From positions 753,220-790,404 of the forward strand of contig WELA01002258.1 of the NCBI GenBank assembly GCA_009602735.1: 37,185 nucleotides of DNA. The letters run 5' to 3'. Shown one piece after another: positions 19,984-32,451 of this stretch. A program made the translations under genes and the position numbers. Numbering within the stretch: the stretch's first letter is position 1; every line of letters starts with the position of its first letter. The stretch is from Mesotaenium endlicherianum. Lineage: Eukaryota. The notes below the pieces were generated by a model, which was not told the origin of the DNA, did no database searches, and worked only from the letters and a program-made list of their open reading frames with translations.

Positions 19984-20742
19984 CAGGATTACGCCGTTTG
20001 CATGTACGCTTAGTTCTATAATTCGCTTGTTCCTATAGTTTGTGTTGCTTTTCGTGCTCGCTTAATTTGTGTTTTTAAAAAAAATTAGATATTATTTTTA
20101 ATAAGAAGAGGAACATGGACTTTAAGAGTCCATGCTATGTTGTACATGTCGTACATGTTTGTACTCTTTGACACGTGCCGGGCTGGAAAAAATAATTTCA
20201 GAATCTTTTTTTCGTTCAATTTTTTTTCATACTAATTTTGCTCATTTTTTAAAGTTCGCATGCACGCCAAGTTCTCCGACTGTTCGCTGTTGTTCGTGCT
20301 GTTTGAAGTGCATTGTTTGCTTAGTTCGTTCTTCAACTCCCTTTCAGTTCTCTTTTTTCCAAGCATTTTTGCAAATTGCTTTTATTAAGAATTGACAAGT
20401 AGAGTATGTATTGGTAGAGAGACAAACTTTTTCAAAATGCATGCGGCACATATATAATTTATAAATATTCATTTCAAATTTACATTTCTTTTGCTATAAT
20501 ATGTAATGTAAATCAATATATAATGTTCTTTCCTATCAGTTTCACATATAAGTTGCTTGTTCATACCCATACCCAAAGTTGCATTTTGAAGTCAATTGAA
20601 AGTAAACATTAAGTAGACATTGCACTATGCACATGACACACCAATGCTCACATGCCTACAAACAAATGAAAAAGTGATCCTCACTCTCTTGCTCAAAGCC
20701 AATACTTTCTGCATTGACCGTGAGTTCCTCTTCTAAAACTTC

Positions 20743-21310
20743 TTAAGATACTTCAAGCTCCGCTTCAACAACCCATGGTAGCTTTTCTATACTTGCTACA
20801 CCTAGACTTTTGACACTCTTCTCTTGCAACCTCAACATAGAGTGCACATATACAAGCTTCATTGCCCTACTTGGAAGCAACGTGTTGCGAATGGGGCTCT
20901 GAACAAACCCATATTTTGACCAATTCCGCTCGCAAGCAGAAGCAAATGCAGGTAGGGACAGGACTTCCATTGCAAGAGCCTGCAAGTTTCGATAAACACT
21001 CCTATACATTTCCCACCAAACATGTGCCGGCATACTACTCTTATTTTCCATCACTACACTATCACCAAATGTATCCCCCTTCTCGCAGTAGAGTCTCAGC
21101 TCCTTGTCAATTTGAGCTCTTAGCAAAGTCCCCTTTCCAACCAGCTTTTGGCACACTAGCAAATGGTCCCTCAAGAGAGAACTATCGCTGGCCCAAGAAT
21201 CATGGTCTTGGAAACTCTGGATCTAGGTAGTAGCTTGCAAAAGAGCAAAACAAAACTCTAACATCAACAACAAATATATTCACTAATGTCCATGCATAGA
21301 GAGAGAGAGT

Positions 21311-21381
<71 letters not shown>

Positions 21382-22280
21382 AGCATTGGGAGAGATAAGA
21401 GAGAGGGAACATGACACACAAGGACATGCAAGAAAACAAAGCAGCAAATCAAGTTTATCAACATGCCTAACAGGATGAAGACAAATATGACAATTAACAA
21501 CCTGTCGGTGGAATGCAATGAAGAGTGTAGTTGTCGCTAACGCGCGCCAATTTCCTTGGCAGCCTTGGCTATCCGAGCATCTTTTAGATCGGGGGCATTG
21601 TTGACGTGCTCTTGAATTGCAAACATCCTGGCCCAAATCTTGCCTAATGCTGGCTCGGGAGAGTCAACAAAACGAAGAAGTACAACTATTGGCTCGCACA
21701 CATTTTCCCATACTTTCAATCTTTCCCATATACTATCTTTCCGAATGATATATCGAATCCTTGTAGCCTCATTTGCACACCCATTCTTAGCAGACCACTC
21801 AAGCCAATGACTATCAGCTACCATAGCTTGCAAGGTGTCTATAACCTTATACAATCTTTGCAAGCATAGGAAGTTACTTGCGAATCTAGTGGGTGCGGGC
21901 TTCAACAACTCTAACACATTATTGAGCCTCTTTGCATGCTGACGGTAAATAGCGTGAGGCATATGGTGATTAGTCACAAACTGGACTAGGCCCTTGAAAT
22001 TCTCTATAATCTCTTCTAACTCCTCAATTTTCCCTAGGTCTTTGAGAAAAAAATCTAGACAATGGGCCGCACAAGGAGTTCTAAAAATGTCAAGAAACTT
22101 CTTTTGTACAACCTCACCCGCCTTAACACCATTGGTAGCTGAATCTGTGCTCACTTGCACAACATTTTGAGGACTTACTTTCTTCACGGCTTCAATGATT
22201 AATTTAGCAAGGTACTTACCCGTCTTCTTCTTACCCTCAGTACTAATGGAGTCCATGAACAACTCCACACCACGAGACAC
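20743..22280 (-). pseudogene. hAT transposase (DUF659-like region and C-terminal dimerization domain), probable intron 21234-21501, N-terminus cut by element E
   Basis: NVVQVSTDSATN, TPCAAHCLD, PAPTRFASNF, LH...YYLDP split by a GT...AG intron, WWEMY, SACERNWS and KLVYVH. Confidence 0.92.
21298..21383. repeat. (GA)n microsatellite inside the hAT intron
   Basis: About 85 bp of nearly pure GA repeat. Confidence 0.97.
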
Positions 22281-23061
22281 TCTAAGGACATCAAGAGGAG
22301 ATGCCCTGATGTGTCTGTCTGAAAGGGCAAAGTGCCCTAGTGAAAGCGTAGTGACTCACAAGGAAAAGAACTAGTTGCAATCATACTAAAGAGTGCAGCG
22401 GCATATCACTAAGAAACTCTAGAAAAATCACTCAACATTTTGAAGAGCAAGAAACTGCTCAAAAATGATGTAGGATGGAAGGCCTTGTCATTACAAACCC
22501 GTAGAAATTTACAAAAGTGAAAATTGATAAGAAACAAAGAAGTCATGCCTATGTATAGTTTTTTGCCTAAGTGCTCCTCTCTAGGAGGATGCTACGGAAT
22601 TTCCTAAGTGTTTGTCAACTTGTCCCTTCTTGAATATTCGAGAGTATGCCTGATCAGTCTCATCTGACGTGTCGGGTTGATTTGACGTCCACATACATGC
22701 ATCGACATTACTAGAATACTCTACCTTAGGCGCGCTAGGCTAAACCAAAACTTCTAGGTAAATCGACCTAGTCGGCACTCCGCGTCAGCTAAACTTACGT
22801 GAAGGTTCGAGTTCATTCTAACGGGCCAGATTGCCTAATGTTGTCGATCAGTTTGTCGGTTGCGCTCACCGCGAATAAGGACAGTCGTCAACCGACCTCA
22901 AAACCAATAAAATTTCAGAAATTCGTAACTCTCTCAATACTTGACCAAATTTGATGAACTTTATATCAAAATGACCACACAAATACAGTGTACACTACTA
23001 TGCAATGAAAATATACTTTCAAAAAACTCAACAATGCACTTAATAAATCTATGACCTTATA
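22281..23061 (-). repeat. 3' LTR of element E (about 781 bp)
   Basis: Lies between the PPT and the hAT transposase breakpoint. Its ends TCTAAGG...CCTTATA are each one change from TGTAAGG...CCTTACA. Confidence 0.75.
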
Positions 23062-26000
23062 TCATCCCCCTCCTCAAGATGCGACGTCCTCGACGCATTC
23101 TGCAGATAACGTCTCAACTTACTCTTATAATGAGTCAAGTTGGCCTCCGGCTCCCAAGTGTTGTCGTCCGCATGGTAGCCTTTCCACTCGACCAGATTCT
23201 CTAGGACAAGTCGTTGACCTCGCTTGACTCATCGATTGTCGACAATTGCCTCCACTTCATACTCCAATACATCATCGATCTCGACCTGTTGTGGCGGTGT
23301 AGGTAGTCGTCCTGGATGTCCTTCGTTTGGGTCAACGTATGGCCGCAGGTAGCTGACATGGAAAATATCATGTATACCTCAGTGTGAAGGAAGTTCCAAC
23401 TTGTAGGCCACTGGATTCACCTGCTTCAGCACCAAAAATGGACCTGTAGGCTGTGAACTGTGCCCGTAGTTTCCTCTTGCCCGTGAAAGGTAGATTCTCT
23501 GTTGACAAGAGTACTTTGTCACCCACATGGACTATCACTTCTCTCCAGTGCTAGTTAGCATGCTTGACCTGCTCGTCCTGTGCCTTTTGAATACACGTCT
23601 TCGCCATATCCCAAGCCTTGGCCATTTTCTCCATAAAAACTTGTGTAGTAGGAACTTGAGTCTCCTCAGCCTCATCCAACAAGATGTTCCCTGGATTATA
23701 TACTTTTCTCCCATAAACCATGGTGAATGGTGACTGCTTGGTCTATCCCTTCATGCTGTTGCTGTAGGCAAACTCCAACCCTGGCAACTTCTTGTCCCCC
23801 TCTGAAGGGTCTTCCATAGTAAAACTCCGAGCACCTCTTGTAGACTTCTGTTGAGCCTCTTACTCTGCCTGTCTGTCTGAGGATGATAGGAAGTGCTTAT
23901 ACTCAACTTGGTCCTTATCAAAGTAAACAATGACCGCAAAAAGTTGCTGGTAAACCTTGGATTCCGATTTGAAACAATCACCTTCGGCAACCCTTGTAGC
24001 CCGAAGATGATCAAAGAAAAGTCGTGCCACATCTGCTACCGTACATGTCTCCTTCATGGGAATGAAGTGTGCCATCTTGCTGAGTCTATCAGACACAACC
24101 CATACTCCATTGTGCCCTTGACTACTGATTGGTAATGATGTGATGAATTCTTTAGCAATCTGCTCCCAAGGATACTATGGAATAGGCAGGGGCTGCAATG
24201 TACCTCCCTTCTTTTAATTTGGTGTCTTGTTACGCTGGCACGCATCGCAACTCCTAACCCAGTCCTCGATGTCATTATCCATATTTCTCCAATAGTACTC
24301 CCGCGTTTGTACGCTTGACATCTTCTCGCTTCCAAAGTGTCCACCATATAAGCAATCATGATGCTCCGCAAGTAGTAAGTCTCGTAGCTCTTAAATGTCA
24401 GGTTCCACCACTCTGTTGGTTTCACCAGAATACCATATGCCGTCCTTCTTTTGCATACTTGAGTTAGACTCAGCTGCTCCACCATCAGCAAACTCTAGGT
24501 CCTTCTTGTAGCCTCTTTGAAGCTTCTCCTTGAAGTCCAGATTGTCCTTGATGAGACAGCTGCAAGGTCGCACCTCCTGGATAAAGCGATTGGGGAGTTG
24601 ATCTTCCCAGGTAAGTACTCAATCTTGTGGTCAAACTGTTGCAGAAACTCCATCCACCTTGCCTGTCATAGTGTAAACGTTGGCTGCGTCATAAACTTTT
24701 CCAAGCTCTTGTGGTCGGTCTTGACGAACACCTTCCGACCGTCCACATAACATCGCAAGATCCTCAAAGCTTGGATAATAGCCAACATCTCCCGCTCGTG
24801 TGCTGCATGGTTTTGCTCAGCAAGACTCAACTTCCTGCTCTCATATGCCACAGGTTGCAATCCTTTGCCTTGGTCTTAGAGAAGAATGGCTCCCACTGCA
24901 AAGTTTGATGCGTCCGTGATGATGGTGAAAGGAAGCTCTGCACTGGCAATTGCCAACACAGGTGCCTGTGTCAACAACTCCTTAATCTTCTCGAAGCTTG
25001 CTGCTCCTTGTCACCCCATAGCCACTTCTCCTGCTTCTTCAACATGTCCGTGAGCGGTGCACACACCTTGGAAAATCCTTCAATGAAGCGTCAATAATAG
25101 TTTGCGATACGGAGAAAGCTCCTGAGTTGATGAGTATCAACAGGTACCGGCCAATCTCTAACTGCTTGCACTTTTTCTGCTCCACCTTGACTCCTTCGGC
25201 TTCCACTATGTGCCCAAGAAACTGGACCTCCTTGTGACAGAAGTCGCACTTGCTCATCTTCCCACAGAGCTTCTGATCTCTCAAGAGCTCCAACACCTTC
25301 TTGAGATGCTCCACATGCTCCTCCAAGGTCTTCGAATAGATCAAGATGTCGTCCAAAAATACCACCACAAACTGGTCCAAATAGGGTCTGAAGATACTAT
25401 TTATGAGCCCCATGAATGTAGGAGGTGCATTAGTCAATCCAAAAGGCATGACTGTGAACTCAAACAAACCATAGCGAGTCCTGAAAGCAGTCTTCTGAAC
25501 ATCTCCTTCCGCAATCCGTACCTGATGATAACCACTCTTCAAATTGATCTTCAAAAAATACTTCGCCCCGAGAAGCCGGTCAATCAACTCGTCCACTCGT
25601 GGAAGTGGGTACTTATTCTTGATGTTGGTCTTGTTAAGTACTCGGTAGTCAACACACATCCTCATAGTCCCATCCTTCTTCTTCACAAATAAGAGTGGCG
25701 TTGCAAATGGAGACTCGCTCGATCGGATGAATCCCTTCTCCAAAAACTCCGTCAGCTGCTTCTTCAACTCATCCAACTCCGCAAACGATTGTCGATAGGC
25801 GGGTCTCACTAGTGGCTTGCTCCCTGGTTCCAACTCGATCTTGTGCTCCATAGCTCTTTGTGGAGGTAATCCTCCAGGTAGCTCCTCGAGAAAAACGCAC
25901 TTGAACTCCTCCAACAGCGTCTTAATCTGGGCAGGCATCTCAGCTGGCTTCTTCTCTCAAGCAGTTGGGCTCTGCTCCTTCTGAGCAAGGGGATCAAACA

Positions 26001-26565
26001 CCACTACTTGCTCATCCGGCGATGTACATTTGCCCGAGTTGTTAGGGTTCACGCTTGCTCCATTTGATGACCTGGCCAGGCCACCGAGGTACATCTCCTT
26101 CACCTAAGTTGTGGACGTATTCACCTCCACCCGTTTTGCTGTCTCCATTCAACTATCACGCCCTTGGACTTTCACTTGTCTTGTGCTCCAGTGCACTTGA
26201 GGGTTGGCATTTCTGAGCCATGGTCGGCCCAATATCACCTCATGGTGACCCAACTCTGCCCGCTCCATAACTTCTTTACTCCGGTGCCCCGCTACTTCCA
26301 CGTGAATAGCTTCCGTGGGTGCACAACTCTTGAGTCTTTGCCCATTCGCCAAATTGCCTCCTTAGGCTCATATTGCTTCTGCACAGAGTTTCGCAACTCT
26401 TTCACCAGCTTCTTGTGCACAAAGTTTGCACTTGCGCCATTGTCGACCATACACTTTGCCTTGTTGTCGTCGACTACTCCTTCCACGATGATAGGCTTGT
26501 CAACGTCTCTTCCTTTGCTTCTCGGCAGGCTCCTGGGGATAACCTCCTTGTGAGTTCTCGTCTTC

Positions 26566-26612
26566 ACGCCAGTAGACACCCCAGAACGACTTACTGGCGT
26601 CCTCCTTTTCCC
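26566..26612 (-). promoter_or_regulatory. Predicted -1 frameshift signal of element E
   Basis: G GGA AAA in the gag frame (26606-26612), a 5-nt spacer, then the 9-bp stem ACGCCAGTA/TACTGGCGT. The protease frame is -1. Confidence 0.75.
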
Positions 26613-27489
26613 TGCTGTTGAGGTTGCTTCACCTTCACATGACAGTCTCGAGCCAGATGTCCAAGCTTGCCACAATTATAGCAAGGTCCTCTTGGCTTAA
26701 AATTACGCTTTCTGCGCTGCTTCTGAACAAGTCCCAACTCCATAGGTACTAGACCTTGAACACTCGTGCTTGGCGCATGAGATCCAAAGTTTCGGTATCC
26801 TCCAAAGTTACACTTGCTAGTACACGGTTGTATTTGCCTCCAAAGTGAAGTGCATTGCAATGATTTGGTAGGCATCTTGAAATAGTATTGTATATAGCCT
26901 TTACCTGTTATCTCAAGAGGTACTCCAAATATTCAAACTGCAAACTTGCTTGAAAGTCAGAGTTTTAAGAGGTATTATCTTAGCAGTGACATCCTATACA
27001 AGCTATGTTGAGAGATAATCCAAAATGCAAGCTTGCAATCTTGTTTACATGTATCATTTTTAGGAGTGAGTCAGTCCAGGTCCAGCAACTCGCTGACGCA
27101 CATTGCAAGTCTCAGCAGCCCCCACACCAGACATACATGCAACCTTTGGCCTCATTCTGTCTGGTACAAAATCGGAGCAAAGTGTATATGAATGCAAGCA
27201 ATTTGACAGAGAAGTATTTGGGGTCGATTAAATGAGCTGTTAAAATACTCCAACTTTTGTAATTCTTGGAAGCAATCATAATTTTGTATGGGTGGGAAGA
27301 AAATCTGTACTTAAGTTAATCACAAGGTTGGTGCTTTTGTGATGCGCAAGTGAGGCAAAGCCACACAAATGGAAAAATCATGAATCCTGAAAAAGTATAC
27401 AACGCCAAACTGGTGAACAGATATGCACTCGCTCATATATAAGAAAGGGGTAGCATGCATCTTCCTCACATTTGACCCATGAAGGAGGT

Positions 27490-28340
27490 GAAGCAAAGGG
27501 GAAAGAGTATACCTTGGAGCCACCGACAATGTCGTAGATCTAGCCTGCGCACAGAGGGTATAACGTCTTGCAATACATTTTTGCAAATCTTCGACGTTAT
27601 GTATGAGTGGTTGAGCCCTATCTAGCCTTTCCTTCAATTCATATCATTCCGATTCTTTGCCTTCGATCATTTTGCAAATAACATCATACTCCCCAACTGT
27701 GAGAGGCTCAACACTTGTTTGTAACTTTGTATGCCTGCCCCTTTTCTCCTTGAGGCACCTCAATTCGAGGTCAAGTTCCTCTAAGGTACTAATCTTTACG
27801 TGCCGCTCAACCCTTATGTCCTGTAAGAATGTTTGCAGTATGCCTTGTAAATTGGTGATTGACATATTGGGATTTATTTGGTAAGAGAACATGCTAGCCA
27901 TCGCTTTTAAGGGGTGCCAAAGAGAAAGAGGAGTTGCTGCAAATCTTCATTGCTAAAAATATGTATAGGAAGTTCTTAGTTTGACGCCAACAACTCAACG
28001 CCATCCTTGTCATGAAGCAAGGAGGAATTAAGTTGCATGCAGCTAAAGAAGTGGGGCTCAAGGAACAAATTTGGACGCTAATTGAACTGAGAGTAACTTC
28101 TTAATTTGAATGTCAAAACATAGGCCCTGAGGGCACTCAAAGCCGAAGCTCTTGTCGTCGTACGAAGTATTTAACAACGGTTGTACGTCACATGGGCTTA
28201 GATCAACTTCATAGCCGGCACAAACTTGTGTGTACAAGCCCACTGCGTGAATGCTGTACGGGCCTCCTCCTAACCGAGTGACGCTGATGTCGTTCGACGT
28301 AAAGAATAGACGTTGAACACTTTCCATGACTTCATTCACC
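27490..28340 (-). pseudogene. Unidentified degraded coding sequence
   Basis: ORFs 28058-28423, 27644-27901 and 27320-27637 can be joined across one frameshift and two stops into a protein-like sequence of more than 250 aa. No motif recognised. Confidence 0.4.
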
Positions 28341-28783
28341 CGCCATCTAAGGAGTGGCAGGCCAAACACAACGGATGTCGTTGTAGAGGCGAGAAAATGT
28401 CGCGAATATATTGAATGACACAAAACAGTATCATTAATCGAAGACTATACGCCGATGTCGGAGTGAAACGGCATATGCGTTGTGAGAATAATGATGCCTA
28501 ACCATTGCATAATAACGACTCCTAATGTACAGATAGCTACGTGTCAGACACAAACGGCTAGAAAAACACAACAATTGATAAACGAGTACCATTTTGCTGT
28601 GATCAATGAGACCAAGTTTTGGACTTTGGATTTGATAGACAACGGACTCATACCAGTCCCTCAGAATGCCCAAAAATGTACCTTACGAGCCGAGTCGGCT
28701 TGGAATGAATCTATAGCAGTCGACGGACCCCGGTATAGTCCAAAAATCCCAATTTAGCCCAGGCTTGATATTAGGGTGTAGTG

Positions 28784-31392
28784 TAATTCCGAGCATAAGT
28801 GTACCGAGTATAGCATGGAGTAAGCGCGTTAACCTGAATGTTCTCAAGTGTACAACCCACGTATATCGGAATTTACCTGACTGAAGTTGTGAGTGTAAGG
28901 GAGTAGTGATGCAAAATGTGAAGTGAGTAGTGAGGGCAGTCCAATGTGCAAAAGTGCCTACATAAATTTAGGTTTTGCTCGTCAGGCATCTGTCACCCTC
29001 CCTCTTACTCAATAATGAAGTGGGCTGCTTGCCATTAACTACACTTTCCTGCCTTAACTGTCACTCTCCTGTCACTTTTCCCTCCAACTTAAATGGAAAC
29101 ATGAAATGAAACTTGCTTATTCAAGATTAATATACTTCATTTAAATTTATAAGATCAGAGATAGGTGGAAGCGTGTGAAATCAGGGAGCAATCTTCGCCC
29201 TTACAATGAATTCCGTTTACTCATCTGTAACCCTTGACTCACTTACCGTAGTGTGCCATAGTTGCACACTAACACAAGGCACAAGAAAGAGGCGAGCTGG
29301 AGGATTAGAGCTTCTACTTTAGAAACTCATGGCCTCTTGCCTACCAGGCATACAAGCATGTAGAAGCACATACACAACGTCAGGGGGCTGAATAGCGAGG
29401 CGCTCTCATTCAGATGACCATAAAGTAGCTCAAACACATCCCACTGACTTAGGTGTAAAACCATGGAATCTGTCCGTTGTGTGACCCCAAAATGTCAAAG
29501 GGCATAACTCTGTCAATACTACTCCATATTGAGCAAACTCAACGGCAACAGATGCATCTTGACGAGAACTTTCCAAAACGTTCTAGTTCGCTCCACACAA
29601 TGCAGCCATGTCAATTCCCGTGAAGGCTGGTCATTAGAACGAACCCAAAAGTGCACACATGACTTGCAAGTAGAAATCCGACTGTAAAGCGTACTGTCCA
29701 GAATGAGGGACCACAAGATCCCAGCTTGCTATGTACCTAGTGAGCACCTAGTTGACCACGACGCAAGGTGCTCCAATTCGTGAGAAACTCGTTAAGTTGG
29801 GACCCACGGATCTAGGTATAACGACCATATTCAATTGGTCGGTTGACTGAAGTCCTAACTGTTCAGTTGACTGACGACGGCTCCGCCTACCCAGGAGTCA
29901 ACCACACTGGTAGGACATCGGTTTATCGAATCTAAGTCGACCTCCCGACTTTCAATATACTTCGGTCACATGTTCCAATCTATATGTAATTATCTAAATG
30001 AAGATGTCTATCGCAGCGTACTGGGTCCAAGTATACTGACAATTATTGTACGAGCTTACTCCATATTAATATATCGATATTACGTCCTATGTATATACAG
30101 GTAATCTCAGCAAACTACAATATAATACAAAAGTCATCCTGCTGACGAAGTCAGTAAACTCGCATTCTATCGACAAATGTCTATTTAAATGAACTCGCAC
30201 ATGTGAGTATAATGACATGATACTTATTTAGTGTTATATTTATGTAGTAAATTAAATAAACAATGAACTGATTCATTTAAGACAGGACCTTCTGTCACCT
30301 TCCCGTGTCAATTGTAATTAGGGTGATTTGCCAACTTCCCAAAAGATAGAATCGTATCAACGTCCCTTTGGCATTGACCAAATGGTCCTCAAACTCCCAG
30401 GTGACCCCGGATGCATCATAGCCCTTCCATCTGACCAAATACTCCAGGACATATTTAGATGATTGACGGACAGATTGAGCTTCTAGAATTTTGTCCACCT
30501 CATACTCCTCAGGGTCTCCATCCCAGACGGCTCGGACCGGTCCCGGTTGGACAGGTAACCGACCTGTGTGAACCGGATGTCACTCTTTGTGTAAGATTTC
30601 AGGAAGGAGACATTGAAGAATTGGGAGACCCATATATTCCGCTGATATATTCGATTTGTAAGCATTTTGACCGACTCGGCATACCACCAAGGTTTGGACC
30701 CACCCAGACAAGACCAAGCTTTTTCTTGATTATCCCAAGAAGGTACAGGTGCTAAGAGTGCAGTTTGACCAAGTCACCCTTGGAAAATGTTAGGTTCCGA
30801 CGGTGTTGATTGGCATATTTTTGTAAAGTTTCTTGTGCTTTGTACAAGTTTTGCTGAACTTCTGATAGCGTGTCAGCAAACTCCGGGGTCAACTAAAGGA
30901 AGATTGAATTGCCAATTCCCTCAGGGTGCGTCAAAGACTCCTCTACAACATCTAAAAAGGACTTAGGAACTCTACCCACACTGAGTTCAAACAAAGTCTT
31001 TCCCGTTGACGCACGGACAGCACTGTTGACAGCAAACTAAATCTGGGACAACACATCATCCAAATTATCTTGTTTTTGGTTAACGTTAGCACCTCTTGTA
31101 GATCTCGGTCAGTTCTTTTAGTTTGCCCATCAATCTGAGGGTGGTTTGCTGTGCTAAGTAGCTGTTTGACTCCCATCAACTTCATTAAAGCTCACCACAA
31201 CTTAGAGGTAAATTTTGAGTCTCTGTTTGAGGTTATATTTGAAGTAGCTCATGCTGGCGCACGACATGAATGTAGAATTGTCTTGCACTTTTGAAAACAG
31301 TCACTTTGACAGTGGTGGGAATGAAAATGACCGCTCTTGTCAATTTTATCCACTAATACCAGAACGGAGTCATGCCCATTGGCAATTCTCGG
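28784..31392 (-). mobile_element. 3' part of chromovirus C (INT core, chromodomain, PPT-like motif, 3' region), inverted
   Basis: The minus strand from 31392 resumes the integrase (PRIANGHDSVL) exactly where 19983 stops. EEYEVDKILE...YLVRWKGY at about 30330-30510. The B-like CCATTTAAGTTGGAGGG motif lies near 29080-29096. Confidence 0.88.
29102..30279 (-). repeat. Probable solo LTR (about 1.18 kb), termini related to the family-B LTR
   Basis: It splits a sequence that is contiguous in B (GTCCTGTCT|CCATTTAAG). The 5-bp flanks AAACA/AGACA match at 4/5, and the ends TGAAATGAA...GATTCATTTA resemble the B LTR ends. Confidence 0.65.
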
Positions 31393-31949
31393 CAAGGTTA
31401 CTTCGTACGCGTTTTTCCTGTATGGAGTTCCTTAAACTAAGCAAACTAAGTTGGTTCGCGTACTGCACGAAATAACACAATTTTAGTTTTTTTGATTTAA
31501 TTTTGGCACGTTCGGACGCCACAGAGATCGTAACGTGGAGTTAAGATATGAAGGCGGACATTGCGCAAACATGTGAGCCCCAAAAATTAAGCTTCTTTCG
31601 CTAACGTGAAGCAGAAATGTGAATAGAATGCCACGTTTTGGCGAGGGACACTAAAAGCTATGGATGGCTACCTAATGTTGTCGATCTCACTGATGTTGCT
31701 ACTCTCGAACACTACAAAGCACGAATGAAGTGTCATTCAACATCAAATGTCGTTGTTCTTATGTGCTTTCAGGCTTCAGCAATCCGCGACAGTCCTCCAC
31801 ATTTTATGTAAGTTCTCTCTTTCCCTCATTTTGCACGTATCTATTGTCGTTCAAGCTTTTCTCTTGCAATGTGTAGTTGTCTGTTAAGTGCTTTGTGATT
31901 CGAATGCTCAAGTTAAGTGTCACATTTCAATGGTTTACTTCACTAATTT
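31393..31949 (+). mobile_element. Other (5') end of the hAT transposon
   Basis: Degenerate TIR CAAGGTTACTTCGTACGC. The subterminal sequence resembles 9770-9850. Confidence 0.8.
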
Positions 31950-32451
31950 TGCAATGAAACAGATAAATAAGGTACCTAATAAGTGGAATACTTTATCTAT
32001 TCAAGACTAGGATCTTTGAACACAAGTGGTAGCTTCTTGAAAGAGAGATGGTTTCTAATAAGTTGATATATTTTTGGAATTTGGCACGTACAAGAGTGAT
32101 TCTCCAATGCCTTTCTATGTTCTAGCTCTTGTTAATATACTTGCTACATAAGTAATTTCTAGGAAGGTGCATGTTGATGTGTTGGCACCTAACACATCCC
32201 AAAATTTGCCACCTCTTTTTGGAATAATGTACACATGTCCTTTTGACCTAAAAATGGCACATTTGACTTTTGCCACATGGACTTCTTCGAGGTCCTTCCT
32301 CTAACTTTGAAAATGCCTTAAAAGGTTCAAAGGGTATGACCCAAGTTACTAGAGTACCTATTCACACTTGATTCCACACAATACTATTTTAAGTATATTC
32401 AAAAGCATTAATATAAAAGTAAACTAATATATTATAACTCAAATTATTACA
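31950..32451 (-). repeat. 3' LTR of A2 (older, more diverged family-A LTR)
   Basis: Colinear with 4520-5022; ends TGCAATGAAAC...TTATTACA. Confidence 0.93.

Larger units (their letters stand above)
19984..22280 (-). mobile_element. hAT transposon, 3' end with transposase; same TIR family as 9731-13364
   Basis: Degenerate TIR CAGGATTACGCCGTTTGC at 19984 lies exactly where the C integrase stops. A transposase relic lies on the minus strand. Confidence 0.88.
22281..26810 (-). mobile_element. Degenerate chromovirus E (gag C-terminus, PR, RT, RH, INT, chromodomain, PPT, 3' LTR); 5' part missing
   Basis: [64 protein letters not shown] and chromodomain EYEVEAIVD...VEWKGY...NTWEPE (about 23100-23270). 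PPT GAGGAGGGGGATGA at 23062-23075. Confidence 0.92.

Noticed and set aside
21200..21636. ORFs with poly-(SL) tracts
   Set aside because: They are translations of the intronic (CT)n microsatellite.
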